From Octopus bimaculoides (taxonomy: Eukaryota): a stretch of DNA of 64,000 nucleotides. The DNA is taken from the NCBI RefSeq assembly GCF_001194135.2, contig NC_068989.1:33595269-33659268 (forward strand), in the 5' to 3' direction. Numbering within the stretch: the first letter of the stretch is position 1; each line of letters begins with the position of its first letter. The notes under the pieces are model-generated. The model was not told the origin of the DNA. It saw only the letters and a list, made by a program, of their open reading frames with translations, and did not search any database. The translations under genes and the position numbers were made by a program. This document shows, one piece after another, positions 1 to 12,147 of this stretch.

Positions 1-432
1 TAATAGCCCCGTCTACATCCCTGTTCCACCACCACGTTACTCTGGGTCGAGAGGGGACTTTACACCAGCCACAGATCTGGTCTGTGGCTCTCAACAGGTT
101 GTCCCGCAGAAATCTCCAATTGTCTTCCACGTTGTATGATGCTATATCCCCTTCTATTTCGTCAAATGCTTCAAGTAACTTGTCTCTAAATCTCTGTCCA
201 TTTGCAGGGTCTTTAAGTTTCCATACCCTTCTCCCCCAGGCCGGTCTACTTCTGGGCACCCATATTGCCTTGATCTCGAAGTCGCTAACTACTAATCTGT
301 GTTGAGGTGTACATTCTTCGTCAGGGAGGGTTTTGGCATTTATAAGCCCCCCTCTTTCTCTAGTTCTGGCGAGGATGTAGTCGATTTGGCTAGAGTGTCT
401 GCCGGATTGGTAGGTGACTAGGTGACAGGCAG
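1..432 (-). mobile_element. RTE LINE, 5'-truncated, APE endonuclease C-terminus; runs off the window edge
   Basis: Stop-free frame HLVTYQSGRHSSQIDYILART...EECTPQHRLVVSDF...RVWKLKDP...RVTWWWNRDVDGAI. Confidence 0.9.
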
Positions 433-1083
433 GTAACTGATCCTCCTGTGTTTTCTTTAATGTAAAGCCAGGAACTTTTCAGTAACTTCTTGNNNNNNNN
501 NNNNNNNNNNNNNNNNNNNNNNNNNNNNNNNNNNNNNNNNNNNNNNNNNNNNNNNNNNNNNNNNNNNNNNNNNNNNNNNNNNNNNNNNNNNNNNNNNNNN
601 NNNNNNNNNNNNNNNNNNNNNNNNNNNNNNNNNNNNNNNNNNNNNNNNNNNNNNNNNNNNNNNNNNNNNNNNNNNNNNNNNNNNNNNNNNNNNNGAGATG
701 AATATTAAAGTTGTGCCTGGCAAGATTGGGATTTGTACTGTGAACATTGAAGGAACATAAGTGAATGCTGTAAATCAATTTGTCTGTTCAACTATTGATT
801 CCTACTAAGCCCAGGAGAGTGAAAGTTATGAAGAAAGAAAAAAAAAACAACAAAAAAACAACAAAAAACCACAGCAAAACGAACAATTAGAAGCAAAGAT
901 TGAAACGAAAACAAACAAAAACAGTTATAAATAAATAAAAATTGAAATTAAATTTGTATGAAAAAAATTTTAGTTTTTTTTCTCTCTCTTTTTCCCCTCC
1001 CTCTCACTAAAATGAGAAGAAAAAAATTCACAGGTAGGCAGACATTATACAGAATATAAGAAAAATGTACAATATCATTAACA

Positions 1084-1607
1084 AAATTGAACACATATAC
1101 ACAGGGTATGTGTTGTTAGTTCATGGATCGGTTGTGGTTTTTAGGCATAAGAGAATATATTCTTTATGCGCCTGGTGTAAAAAGCACCCGAAAGTAAGTC
1201 ACAGTCAAGCAAGACAACTCACATCAGGTCCTTTCTTGGAGTGAAAGACATCAATGTTTGGTCATTGCTTTGACTTATCAATGTCACATACCTAACAAGG
1301 CCCACTGCAAGCCATATTGCCAACTATAACTATATGCTAAAAAGTTTAAACACCATCTGCTATCATGTCCCGTTTCATGCCACAGAAAAACTTCAAATAT
1401 GAATTAGAAGTAGCTCAAAGTATATAAATAAAATCGAACACACATATATAGAGTGAGTGTTGTTAGTTCATGGGTCGGTTGTGGTTTTTAGCGCAAGAGA
1501 ATATATTCTCTATGTGCCTGGTGTAAAATAAAAGATACCTGAAAATAAGTCACAGTGAAGTGAAACAACTCACACCAGGTCCTTTGTTGGAGTGACAGAC
1601 ATCGATG
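1084..1607. repeat. Two diverged ~175-bp direct repeats (1084-1256, 1431-1607)
   Basis: Shared gaacacatat...tgttgttagttcatgg(a/g)tcggttgtggtttttag...caggtccttt(c/g)ttggagtga. Confidence 0.85.
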
Positions 1608-1649
1608 CTAAACCATTTAGCATATTGTCATAGTCAGCATAAAAAAAAA

Positions 1650-1805
1650 CACCTGTACCAGTACCATGTAAACACACCTATGTTGGTGCTGCATAAAAGT
1701 ACCCAGTACACTCTGTAATGTGGTTGGTATTAGGAAGGGCATCCAGCCGTAGAGACCATGCCGAAACAGACATGGAACCTGGGCAGCTCCTGGTAAACTG
1801 TCCTA
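1650..1805 (+). mobile_element. RTE 3'-tail module, truncated
   Basis: gtggttggtattaggaagggcatccagccgtagagaccatgcc motif shared with the other RTE tails here. Confidence 0.75.
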
Positions 1806-1904
1806 CACGTGTTGTAAAGTAGGTTCCTCCCACTGGTCTGATGTGTTATGTGTACTGTAGTTGCTGTTTTACACTAGTAGCCACAATAGTTACTAGTCCA
1901 TTAT

Positions 1905-2075
1905 TTACATTTGACAGATATTTGTCCCCATCTTGTTTGTTGTTAATATGTTTCGGCTGATATACCCTCCAGCCTTCATCAGGTGTCTTGGGGAAATTTC
2001 GAACCTGGATTCTTATTCCTAAGGTATTTTTCGATGTTGTTATTATTATTATTATCATTATTACTATTATTATTA
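1905..2075 (-). mobile_element. Penelope-type tail with hammerhead core (reverse copy, no head)
   Basis: Minus strand: (aat)n-catcgaaaaataccttaggaat...gacac-CTGATGA-a-ggctgg/tcagcc stem-GAAA. Confidence 0.7.
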
Positions 2076-2277
2076 TGTGCTGCTGCTTTTAGTTTTTTGT
2101 ATTTTCCAGTGGTGTTCTCTGTCTATTATTTTAACTTCATCCCACAGGGGCACATATGCTAGGACACAACAATCTCCTAGGCAGACCGAGTGCAGAAATG
2201 AATAGCATATGGGAACTGGTATTGAGGAAGGATAGGAAAATATTAGATTTATAAGCCCTAAGATTCATTCCATAATT

Positions 2278-2500
2278 GCCCACAGGCATATGGTGTAGTG
2301 GTTAAGAGTGTGGGCTACTAACCCCAAGATTCCAAGTTCGATTCCAGGCAGTGACCTCAATAATAATAATAATAACAATAATGATATTAATAATAATAAT
2401 AATTAACAATAACAACAACATCGAAAAATACCTTAGGAATGAGAACCCAGGTTCAAAAATTTCCCCAAGACACCTGATGAAAGCTGGAGGGTATATCAGC
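2278..2500 (+). mobile_element. tRNA-headed short element with (AAT)n linker and Penelope-type hammerhead tail (truncated at stem II)
   Basis: A box TGGTGTAGTGG, anticodon-like loop ctactaa, B box GTTCGATTCC; tail matches 1957-2055 in inverted orientation. Confidence 0.75.
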
Positions 2501-2604
2501 TTTCTATGTAGCAAGCTTCTTGCTACATAGCCTTACTTGCACTGCTTATATAATGTTTTCACAGTAAAGGATCAAGTTCTGACTTGTAAATTTAATCGTA
2601 TACT

Positions 2605-2990
2605 GACAATTCCACATGACAGTTCAGTGCAAGGACAATTTTGCGCAAAGACAATTCAGTGCATCATGTTTATATGTATATGACATTTAATTTATTTTAT
2701 CTTGGATCATTCTTCTTGGAACATCATTCAGATGCACCAGTAATGAAATAGTAAACTCTTATAAATAGAAAAATGGTTTTTGAACTATTAACAATTGAAA
2801 ACACTACCACTTATTCAATGGTTGTTAGTGTTAACCTAAAACATTACCACAAAGTTGAAAAGTTTAGAAATTTTGAAAACAAAATAAATTAAATTAAATT
2901 TCATATGCACATAAACACGATACACTGAATTGTCTTTGTGCTGTATTGTCGGTGCCAAATTGTCATGTGCAGAATTATCAGGGTGCCAAA
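2605..2990. mobile_element. Foldback/MULE-like MITE with tandem inverted subterminal motifs
   Basis: gacaatt(c/t)..tgc motifs at left, tacactgaattgtc / gccaaattgtc at right. Confidence 0.55.
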
Positions 2991-3460
2991 TTTAATGATG
3001 TCACTTGGTTTCATGGATGTTTTGGTCAAATATTTTTGTTTTGGCCAAGTCCACTGTTCTGGTTTGTTGACATCCTGGTATGTCACTTGTGTGTGTGTTG
3101 AACATTTTGATTTCTTGTTCTTGATCAGTAGAAGTCTAATGCTCTGGTTGGTTGATTTTCTGCTTGGTAACTTGCTTTTTCCTGATAGTCATCTAGCATT
3201 CTGATTGTTTAATTCCCTTAAAAGGCCACTAGTTTGGTTAACTCAATGTTTATTTGTCTTTTCCTAAGGTTCCAGGATTTTACCAGAAAACAATCTCATT
3301 GGTTCAGTCTGGGGTGACATGGGCAACTGGTGTTTGAGAAGGTGTGTTGTGGTACAGTAGTTTGAAGTTAGGGTTTTGAATCCCTGAGGAAGCCTGTTAC
3401 TTAAACTTTTGATTTATATATGTTGTCCTTGGCTGTCTTCCGTGAATAAATTCTTGTGTT

Positions 3461-3870
3461 TTATAGGATCTTCAGTTGTGATTTATATTTTTTGATAAAC
3501 ATATTTTCCTTATTTAATTGGACTTGGGCTGAAGTGTTTCCAGTGCATTGATAAAGAGGAAAAATCTGGTGTTTTGGATTTTTGTTTGTGGGACATTGAT
3601 CTAGGTGTTTACTTACAGGAATTTTCCTCATTGTGGGGTCCCAAATCTGTTGCCTGTGAACTGTTATTCTGTCCCTCAAATTCAAGCTCATTTGAACTAT
3701 GTAGTCACCACTACACCTGCCACATTTGAAGACATAAATTAAGTTCCTTGATGCACAGATGAAATGATTTTTTTCTGGTTATACAAAATAACTTTTTTAA
3801 CTTCAACAACAGCACCTACAGACAGCCCAGTGCAGTTTGTGGTGGCTCTATCTGACAAACCCCATTTATA
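3461..3870 (-). pseudogene. Penelope-like element GIY-YIG endonuclease remnant
   Basis: CASRNLIYVFKCGRCSGDYIVQMSLNLRDRITVHRQQIWDP...SKHLDQC...IFPLYQC...KENMFIKKYKSQL shows the PLE GIY-YIG pattern (LIY..CxxC..YI, RxxxH, E-x-x-F-I). Confidence 0.85.
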
Positions 3871-3879
3871 CAAACAATC

Positions 3880-4300
3880 ACTCATTAGCTTTGCTGATGA
3901 AACTAATGCATTTAAAGTAATAAAGAACCTCCACTAATACTGCAAAACCTTAATGCAATCTACAAGTGGGTTGAAGAAATAATAATTTAGCACTACAAAT
4001 TTCCAAGATCTTTGCTATCAGTTCACAACCATCATACTCAGGATACGGAGGAATCCTAAATTTCAGAATTGCAGTCAGTAATGTACTGCTAAACATGTGC
4101 AAAGGATGGCATGATAGATCTTAAGTAACCCATGTTGCTTTCATGAAGAACATTTGTTCTTAGCCATCTGGCTTCAGTTTGGGAAAGCAATGAACTGCCC
4201 AGAAGCAGTTTTCACAATTTGGATGATAGATATTTAGGGCTGGTAATGTAGAGTGAAAACTATCCAGTTTGTAGAGGTGGGTGACTTACTACAAACTTTG
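3880..4300 (+). mobile_element. Decayed CR1/L2-type LINE RT fragment
   Basis: LISFADET (YADD-like) followed by LQNLNAIYKWVEE-type segment. Confidence 0.45.
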
Positions 4301-4596
4301 TAGTCTGTTTTCTGCCTTAACTACTTTGCTAAAGAAGTCATCAGATGACCTGCTTGGTGTAGAGATGATGATGGCAGAAGCTGGGTTAGGAAATGAGAAA
4401 GAGATCAATGGTATTTAGAGTGTCAATATGTCTGAAATTCCATACAATGTACCCAGTGCAAACTATGGACATATACGTGGTGCAGTGAAATCACAAGAAG
4501 ATTAACAGAGAGAGAGAGAGAGACTAGTCTTTGTGGAAAATGCACAGGTGAATATAAACTAAGAACACAACGAGAAATAAATTTTCTCAAATAATC

Positions 4597-5740
4597 AGAA
4601 GAGACCTTAGAAGTAATTTCTGTAATCTAATAAGCAGTATAAAAGAACATTTTGAAAGTTTAGTTCTTAGAATAAGAACCAGATGGAAAAAGTTCAGACA
4701 CCTATTACCTCTGTTGATCACAAAAAGTCTCTTCTTCAGAGTGAAAAATAGATTGTATGAAGCTTCCATATGAATAGCAATACTACATGAAAGTGAAATG
4801 TAGGCTGTAATGCAGAGAACATTTGAAAACTAGAAATAAATGAAAGTAGCTTGCAACATCAGTGAACATGTACACTGAAGTGCAAACATAGAGAAAAAAT
4901 TGGGCATAAAAATTATCAGATGTAGCGTGCAAGTGAGAAATGTACTGGTGTGGTCATGTGATGTGTATGGATGGGGACAGCTGTGTAAAGACAAGCCAAT
5001 CACTGAAAGTGGATAGGTCCTGTGAAAGAGAGAAACCTAGGAAGACAAGAGCTGAGGTAGTAAAGACTAACTTCAGGATGTTGGGCCTTATCGAAGAGAT
5101 GATAGGCAATTAGCTTCACTTGAAAAAAACCAATGCATCTCAAACAAAAAATGGTCCTAAAAGCATATTGTTTATGCCTATATCCCCATACTCAATCTGT
5201 CTGTCAAGCCTTCCCCACAATTCACCTTCCTAACACCCATCTTTCCATCAATCATCTAACTAGAGCACTATTTACTCAAGTGCTGTAATTATATGATAGT
5301 AGAATTGCACATATTCCATATCTACTTTTGTGATACCTGTTATCTCTCTTCTTAAAACCACTTCCATTTGTTAACCATTCCACATTTTCAATCTCTGCCC
5401 TTACTACTTTATTTTCCATTGAATGTCCCTTTACCATGTACATCCTTTCATATGTTGCCACCAATCATCCCCAATACCTTTATCACTTCTTTTTTCCACC
5501 TCTAGACTGTATCTATGCACCCCTTTCACCCTCACTATTTCTCATTTATCTAGTTTTATCTCCTTTTTCACCCACTATTTCCTTCACCTTCCTGCTGGCA
5601 AAAAACTGATATTCACCACTGACTACACTGCTGCTTTTATTTTCCATTCCTCTTTAAACATGTTACTCTTTCACTCTCACAAACCTACCCATCCAAGATC
5701 TTTATCCACCTTTTTGTGCCTTGAAGCTCTACCCTGATAC
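4597..5740 (+). mobile_element. Decayed RTE LINE 3' end with pyrimidine-rich 3' UTR
   Basis: RIRTRWKKFRHLLPLL..RVKNRLYEA and later WCGHVM segments; same layout as 29610-31286. Confidence 0.75.
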
Positions 5741-5999
5741 CTCATCTTCAGCAAATTCAAGCAAGGAAGCATCATATTGATATCATATAAAATGATGATC
5801 TAGGAACAGATTATTAATCACAGGCCATCTCACATTTTTCCGTGTTACAAGTATTAACCCTCATATTTTATTCTTTGTACTAATTGAAATTAGTACAAAC
5901 ATAAAAATAGTTCATTAAAAGACACCAGCCAATTATACAGAAATAATAACATTTAACAATTTTTCTCAATATATTTGGTAACATCTGAATACTGCATAT

Positions 6000-6352
6000 A
6001 GTGAAATTAGTTTTACATGTTTATCTTACAGCATATATACCTATTTTACTCCCTATGAAACCATGACTTACATAAGTCAAGCATTCCCAGTTTGGTGGTG
6101 GATCCATCTGGGACAAATGCAGCTGATGTTGACATTACAGTACATGAAAAACTCATTAAGTTACAGGGCAATCAGACAGCAGAAGCAAGATTCAAGCACA
6201 TTATTAGAATATTTTGTTTCTAACAATTCCTTTGTAAATAAAGTATGCACTATTAAAATTGATTTTTGACAGTCTTTGTAAACTTTTACAGTTTTATCTG
6301 AGATAGATTAGGTTTAGGAAGTTAAGAATGGAAAAATATTGAGAACCACTGT
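6000..6352 (+). mobile_element. hAT (Charlie/Buster-type) remnant
   Basis: DPSGTNAADVDITVHEKLIKLQGNQTAEARFK resembles the hAT dimerisation region; ends gagaaccactg. Confidence 0.5.
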
Positions 6353-6786
6353 TGTAGAACATAATAAATATCTTCTCAAATTAAACACAACAGCAAAAGC
6401 TAAACTAAATCTATTTTAACAAGGAAGGAACAGAGATGAGACTCTAGTATTGAAAGAGGAACCTTCTTTAAAGCCAATCCACATTTCAAGTGATTGCAAA
6501 GGCAGCCAAAAAAACCTACGGAAAAAAATACACAATAAGACAACCAGATTTTCTCTCTGGTTGTGTGTGCAAGCTGATAAAGGAATGTGAACAAGTAACT
6601 TATCCAACTCATACCAGCCCAGATCCCCCACCCTCCAAAAACAAAAAATTCTTTTTCTCTTTTCTGAAAATCAATACATCTTATGTGAGCAGGCTGTGTA
6701 TTTAAGATTACTTTGCAACTGGTCCCATTGTGCAAATGCTTTCTAACATAGACTGAGCTGATCAAAACTTTGCAAGTGGAAATATA

Positions 6787-7290
6787 TCATCATTTTATAT
6801 CTACCTTTCATGCTGAAAAGGGTTAGGCAGCTCAGCTGAATTCCAAGTCAGAGAACTGCATCATGCTCCAATGTCTCAGATTTGACATGGTTCCTGCAGT
6901 TGGATGTCCTTTCTAATATCAACTATTTAACAAAAAATACTAGATGCCTTTTGGTGGTACCAGCACTAGTGAGGTTGCCTTGTACTGGCAAGACTAAAGA
7001 ATCACAGTAGAAAGGAGAATAGGAGAGATGATGAAAATAACAGAGGAGCCACTGTTGAGAGACAGAAGAATGGAAGGGGCAGGGAAAGGGTAGCATCAAG
7101 GGTCAGTGAGAAATAGAGTAGAAAGAGGAATCCAGTACTATAAAGATGAACATGGGTGGATGGGGTATGAGAAAGTGATAATGAGAAGTTTCATGGGGAC
7201 AGAGGATAGTGAGACAGGAAGTGAATGCTGTAAAAGAAGTTAAAGGGGACCAAAGAAGAGGAAGGAGGAGCAGATGGTAGGTATAGAAAG
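6787..7290 (-). mobile_element. RTE 3'-tail/UTR fragment
   Basis: tggatgtcctttctaat core followed by a purine-rich (reverse pyrimidine-rich) UTR. Confidence 0.6.
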
Positions 7291-8054
7291 AGCACCCCAA
7301 CCACTCCTCTTGTTAGCATACTCTATGCTATGCTTGCCCAACGCAACATGTTGTTAATTGTTGTCATCACTTGTAATTTCTGTATCTTTTTGCCACATCA
7401 TCCTATATCTCCCTCTTTCATAGGCACTATCCACTAAAGCAGCTGACAATTTCTAACCTCTGATGCCCCCCACCTCATCTAAGTAACACTATAGCTAATT
7501 CATGGAGGAGGTAATAATTCCAAATAAAAATGAATAAGAAATAAAGGGGACTCTAACCTCTTTAGAGACTGTGGGATAGTAAAATGTATCTAGACTGTCT
7601 TAAGACATGTACATAAGTTTTGACCTGTCTTTTGTGTCAAGTGATGAAAGACTGAGAGTAATACTAATAATAACAAATGTGTAGGCAAGTAGGTGCATGC
7701 ACACAGAATAGATAAAAAATTTCACATACCTTATGCCAAAAAAAAAAAAAAAAAGTTAAAATAACATTCAAAGAAACCTGTAATCAGTTTGGTATGAGAA
7801 TTATATTTCAATCACTATAAGTTATTTTATCCTGATCAAAATTATAGCAATAGTCAAGCCAATAATTAATATTCATAAAATAGCCTTTAAATCATGTAAT
7901 TTCTTTAAAAGAAAAAGAGCAAAATCATTGGGGTAACAGTAGATTTCAGTTTGTTCACTTTAAATACAACCATTATAAAGGTAAAATGATTTGTTTGTTA
8001 AATCTATTTTCCTATTCAAATGTGGAATATATAAATCTCCAAATTAGAACATTT

Positions 8055-8423
8055 ATTCTTTCATTTGTTTCAGTCATTTGACTGTGGCTATGCTGAAGCA
8101 CCACCTTGAAGGGTTGTAGTTGAACAAATCAACCCCAGGACTTATTTCTTAAGCCTAGTACTTATTTTATCAATCTCTTTAGCTGAACTGCTAAGTTATG
8201 GAGACGTAAACGCACCAACACTGGTTGTCAAGTGGTGACGGGGGGATAAATACATACACATATATACAATGGGCTTCTTTCAGTTTCTCTACCAATTCCA
8301 CTTGCAAGGCTTTGGTCGGCTTGAGGCTATAGTAGAAGACACTTGCCCAAAGTGCTACGTAGTGGGACTGAACCTGGAATCATGTGGTTGGGAAGCAAGC
8401 TTCTTACTACATAGCCACGCTTG
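8055..8423 (-). mobile_element. tRNA-derived SINE (CORE-like ttgggcaagt motif)
   Basis: Minus-strand head gtggctatgtagtaagaagcttgc...ggttcagtccc; homologous to 14548-14961. Confidence 0.85.
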
Positions 8424-8769
8424 CACCTCTTTAACAAAAGAGCTTTCAGTGAGATGTCCTTTCTAGAAATGTTAGTGGTTAGTGGAAATGATTTGAGAAA
8501 GTGCCAACAACAATTTGTTAATTACAAAACTAAAATGAATTTGGTTAATAGAATAGATTCTATTCTATAACATTAATGAGTTTTAAAGAATACAATTTAA
8601 ATAATCATGACTTATTGTGTTCAAGAATTAAAAAAAAAAATTTAATTCTGAAAAGACTTTTGTAGATTTTAATGGGCTAGAATCCACTTTCCAAAATTGG
8701 TAATAAAGATTTTATTTCTGCTGAAATTACATGAGATATCAAATTTATGGAATCAAAACAAAATACAAG

Positions 8770-8807
8770 ACTGTCAGAAAAGAATAAAAATTTTATTACC
8801 ATTTATT
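8770..8807 (-). terminator. Candidate HPRT polyadenylation region
   Basis: Two AATAAA on the minus strand (8802-8807, 8792-8797) followed by a U/GU-rich tract, about 630 nt past the stop. Other AATAAA exist in this AT-rich UTR. Confidence 0.35.
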
Positions 8808-9434
8808 TCAACAAAGTGTATTTGTAAGAATATGTTTTGCTGATATTTATTTCAAATATTTTCTGAAATTACAACAATTGGTTTCAATTTCCATCATCTT
8901 TATACCTGTCCACTACAAACTATTGAACAATCTACAACTCAAGGAAGACATCTGATTTTTAACTAATATAAATGAATACCAAATTAACAAACACAAACGG
9001 TTGTGCAGTTTATTTTGAAACCAAGATTTCATTACATGAGGATCAGTATCAACTCAAAATATTTTTTTGTTAGAGTCACAAATGGCTGCATGAAAATAAA
9101 AAGTGTTATATGAAGAAAATTAATTTAATGAATGAAAAAAATGTAATGTTACAATCTCACTAAATGCAGTTTTTTCTCTTAACTAATAAACAATGTAAAA
9201 TGAGAAACTAAATAATAAGAGTAACCGAGATCATTACTCAGATATAATTAGATAATATAGAAGAATATAGATTAAATTAACAATATTTCTCAAAAATTTA
9301 TTAAAAAAACATAAAATCAGGAAAGTAATTGGAAAAATAAAAGTTTAATATATTTTGTCACTAGATGTTAAATGTCTTTTGGCCAAAAAAAAAGTCAAAT
9401 TTATTTCACCTCTGAGAAAGGCTGCCTCAGATTT

Positions 9435-9488
9435 TTAGGATGCCACAGCATATTTTTTCTTTCCATTTTCATTAATCACACAAATATG
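9435..9488 (-). CDS. HPRT1: HPRT coding exon 8 (HICVINENGKKKYAVAS*)
   Basis: tttatag acceptor, TAA stop; homologous to HVCVISETGKAKYKA. Confidence 0.96.
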   Translation of the reverse strand, partial: HICVINENGKKKYAVAS

Positions 9489-10059
9489 CTATAAATATAA
9501 AATATAATATATATGAATGTTTAATTCAGCATATTTTTAATATAATATTCAAAACAATATTCAGTAAAAACATCTTTTATTGTTAATAAAAGTATCAAAT
9601 TTTATTGGTTCAGTGAAATATGATATTCAACAAAAGAACATGCATGCAGTATAAGCTAAGAATTTAACAGAATAATTGTAATTACAATGAATAAATAAAA
9701 TTCAACCAATTTTGAAAAGTTTTTTTTAATTTCATTTTCATCTGCTGAAGGACAGAATTAATAGAAAAACAACCAACAATATTTGCAGCACACATTTATT
9801 AAACACAAGAGGTTCTAATTAGAAAACTAACTTGTTGCTGGCTAAAAACTGATATAATATTGATTGACTACACCAAGAAATATTGTGAACAAAACTTAGA
9901 AGTAAAAGCTTGCCTGTTTGGCAAACACTTCTATGTGCTATATATCTGCAGCTCAGAGGCTATTCTTGATATTTCTTTTCTGAGCAAACATTTGTATCAA
10001 GAAAACACTACCACACTACATTCCTATAATTACAAGAGGCATTCAACTAGAGCCCTTAT

Positions 10060-10500
10060 AATCAATCCAAATGCTGGGCTCATCATTACAGAGAATTTCT
10101 TCTGATGAAACACATACTTAGCATAACTAAGAAAAGTGACAAGCTTTTCTTTTTAGGTCCAGAAAATATTTCATCCTCCAACAGCTAACACCCTAGATCA
10201 CATCCAGAGAAGGGTCACTCAACTGATTGGTCAGCCTCTGGTACATAGGTGTGTACCAGAGACTTAAGTGTGTCCTTTTGTGATGGAGTTCCAATCAGTT
10301 GAGTGGCCCAACAAAAATCCACTTGCCTCTCCACCTCTTTTAACCTTTGGTGCATCCTTACACTAACTATTATCTTGCAGATGTTGACCTGCAATAGCTC
10401 AAGTGGAATACTAATGGCATCAATGTCACCTCTCTTGGAGGGCTTGCCTAAGTCGCGGGTTCTGCTCCTTCTTCCACACACAGCAAGTGATTAGAAAGAA
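10060..10500 (+). mobile_element. Decayed CR1/Jockey-type LINE 3' fragment with internal fold-back
   Basis: NTLDHIQRRVTQLIG segment; related to 43900-44880. Confidence 0.6.
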
Positions 10501-12147
10501 TACCAAAATTCAATTTGGTGCCCCCACCAAAAAATGGAATTGGAGATCTGGACTCATTTAAAATTAATCTACCTAGATTTATCTCTACCCTTTTACCAGA
10601 TATTAAACCTGGAAGTTTAAATTATCTGATGCCAACTTTATTTGATCAGAAATAAACAGAATGTTCTGAGAAGACATTATTAAGCCAAGTCATTTGTTAA
10701 CAGTAACAGCAAAAGGAAAATAGTAGATTACTCCTAAACTATTAATAAACTCACCTTACTCAGATGACTTGGTTAACAAAACATTTTACAAGGAATTTAG
10801 TATTATTGATTAATGTGGCACAGGCTATTATGGCATTAAATCTCCATTTCAATTGTACAAATAAGTAGTATTGTATTTCCTCTGAATTGTAGATAATGAT
10901 ATTTGTGAAAATGAGTTGGAAAGCATATACAGCAATATACATGGTAATACCACAGAGGAACATAATTTTTAAAAAATCTATTTAAATCATAGAAAGTTGC
11001 TGACAGAATTCATGTCACTGAACAACAATGAATGTAAATTATCAACTAAATCTGTCTGCATTCTAAGTTATCAATTGTTATTGAATTGTGTCATGAGTCA
11101 CTCCTATTTAAGTAAAAAAAAATGCCTGAACCTGCTAATAAACAATCCTTATCTCAAATAACTTGTGTTTGCTTATTTTTCTCAATGAGTTTCTCACTTT
11201 TCTGAAAAAATATAACCTCTTATTAAAAAGGCTTTTCTATCTGAGGCAGACAATTTCCCTTAATAACTGATCAGGAATCAATGAGAAAGTATTATACAGA
11301 GGATCAGAAATCATACTATTCTGTTACAAATCTTTTAAAACTCCCCAATTCTCTGCCAGCTTAGCATGACAAGGTTAATTGGCACATTTTGTTTCCAAAT
11401 CTTTCATTTTAGTGGATGACATGCAAGACATTTACAGAGTCCCCTGATACTATTATTCAAAACCCACATCAGTTCATTAGATGTATGCACTCTTTTGATT
11501 GCATACAAATTGATTTTTAAGGACCATCAAGTAATAAATTTCTGTTAATTGTTGCCAATGAATATTTCCCTTAGCTTTTCCTTGTTGTGAACGGATGTTT
11601 GGCTGTGTGCAACATTGGTAGAAATTCTTTTGGTAAGGCATCAAATGGTCCAGTTACTATTTTAGTGCAGGGAGAACTTGCAGGCAGTGCAATGCATGAA
11701 GACTATTTTTGCTTTATGAAGGGTAAAGTAAAAGATGCCTTTGAATGGTATTTTTGCAAGAGTTGTGATAATAAATAAGAGACACTTGGCAGAGGTGAGA
11801 TATTTTTTCAACACTTTGGAAAAAAAGTCACACATCCCTTCTACCAATGTGTACTGCTACAATGTATTTAAGTTAACTAGTTTGGGATTTGAGTGATAAG
11901 CTTTGGTTATGTGAGGTATATGAGAGTCATACCTCAGAATATGGTTTTGATCACCTGCTTACTATTTGTCAAAGGGTGAAGGACATTTGTTGCCAGTAAT
12001 AATTAATTGGCTGTCAGAGTAGGTAGTCATGACTGAATACTGGTGATAGGATGTCATAGGTGTTGAGACAGTTGTAATTTAATAAAATTGAGATTAGAGG
12101 GTGTCTATATGGAGATCAGAGATAAGTGTGAGTATCTAACTGCCTCA

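Noticed and set aside
2285-2357. Functional tRNA gene (ACT anticodon)
   Set aside because: Acceptor stem does not close, anticodon is atypical, and it is fused to an (AAT)n/retroelement tail, so it is a SINE-type head. Same for 59455-59545.
10215-10481. 88-aa minus-strand ORF (GDIDAISIPLELLQ)
   Set aside because: Antisense to a CR1 remnant, with no convincing splice sites or family match.
10756-10980. Extra minus-strand exon ending AG|gtgagt at 10755
   Set aside because: Stops in all frames from the available acceptors, and exons 7 and 8 already join in frame.
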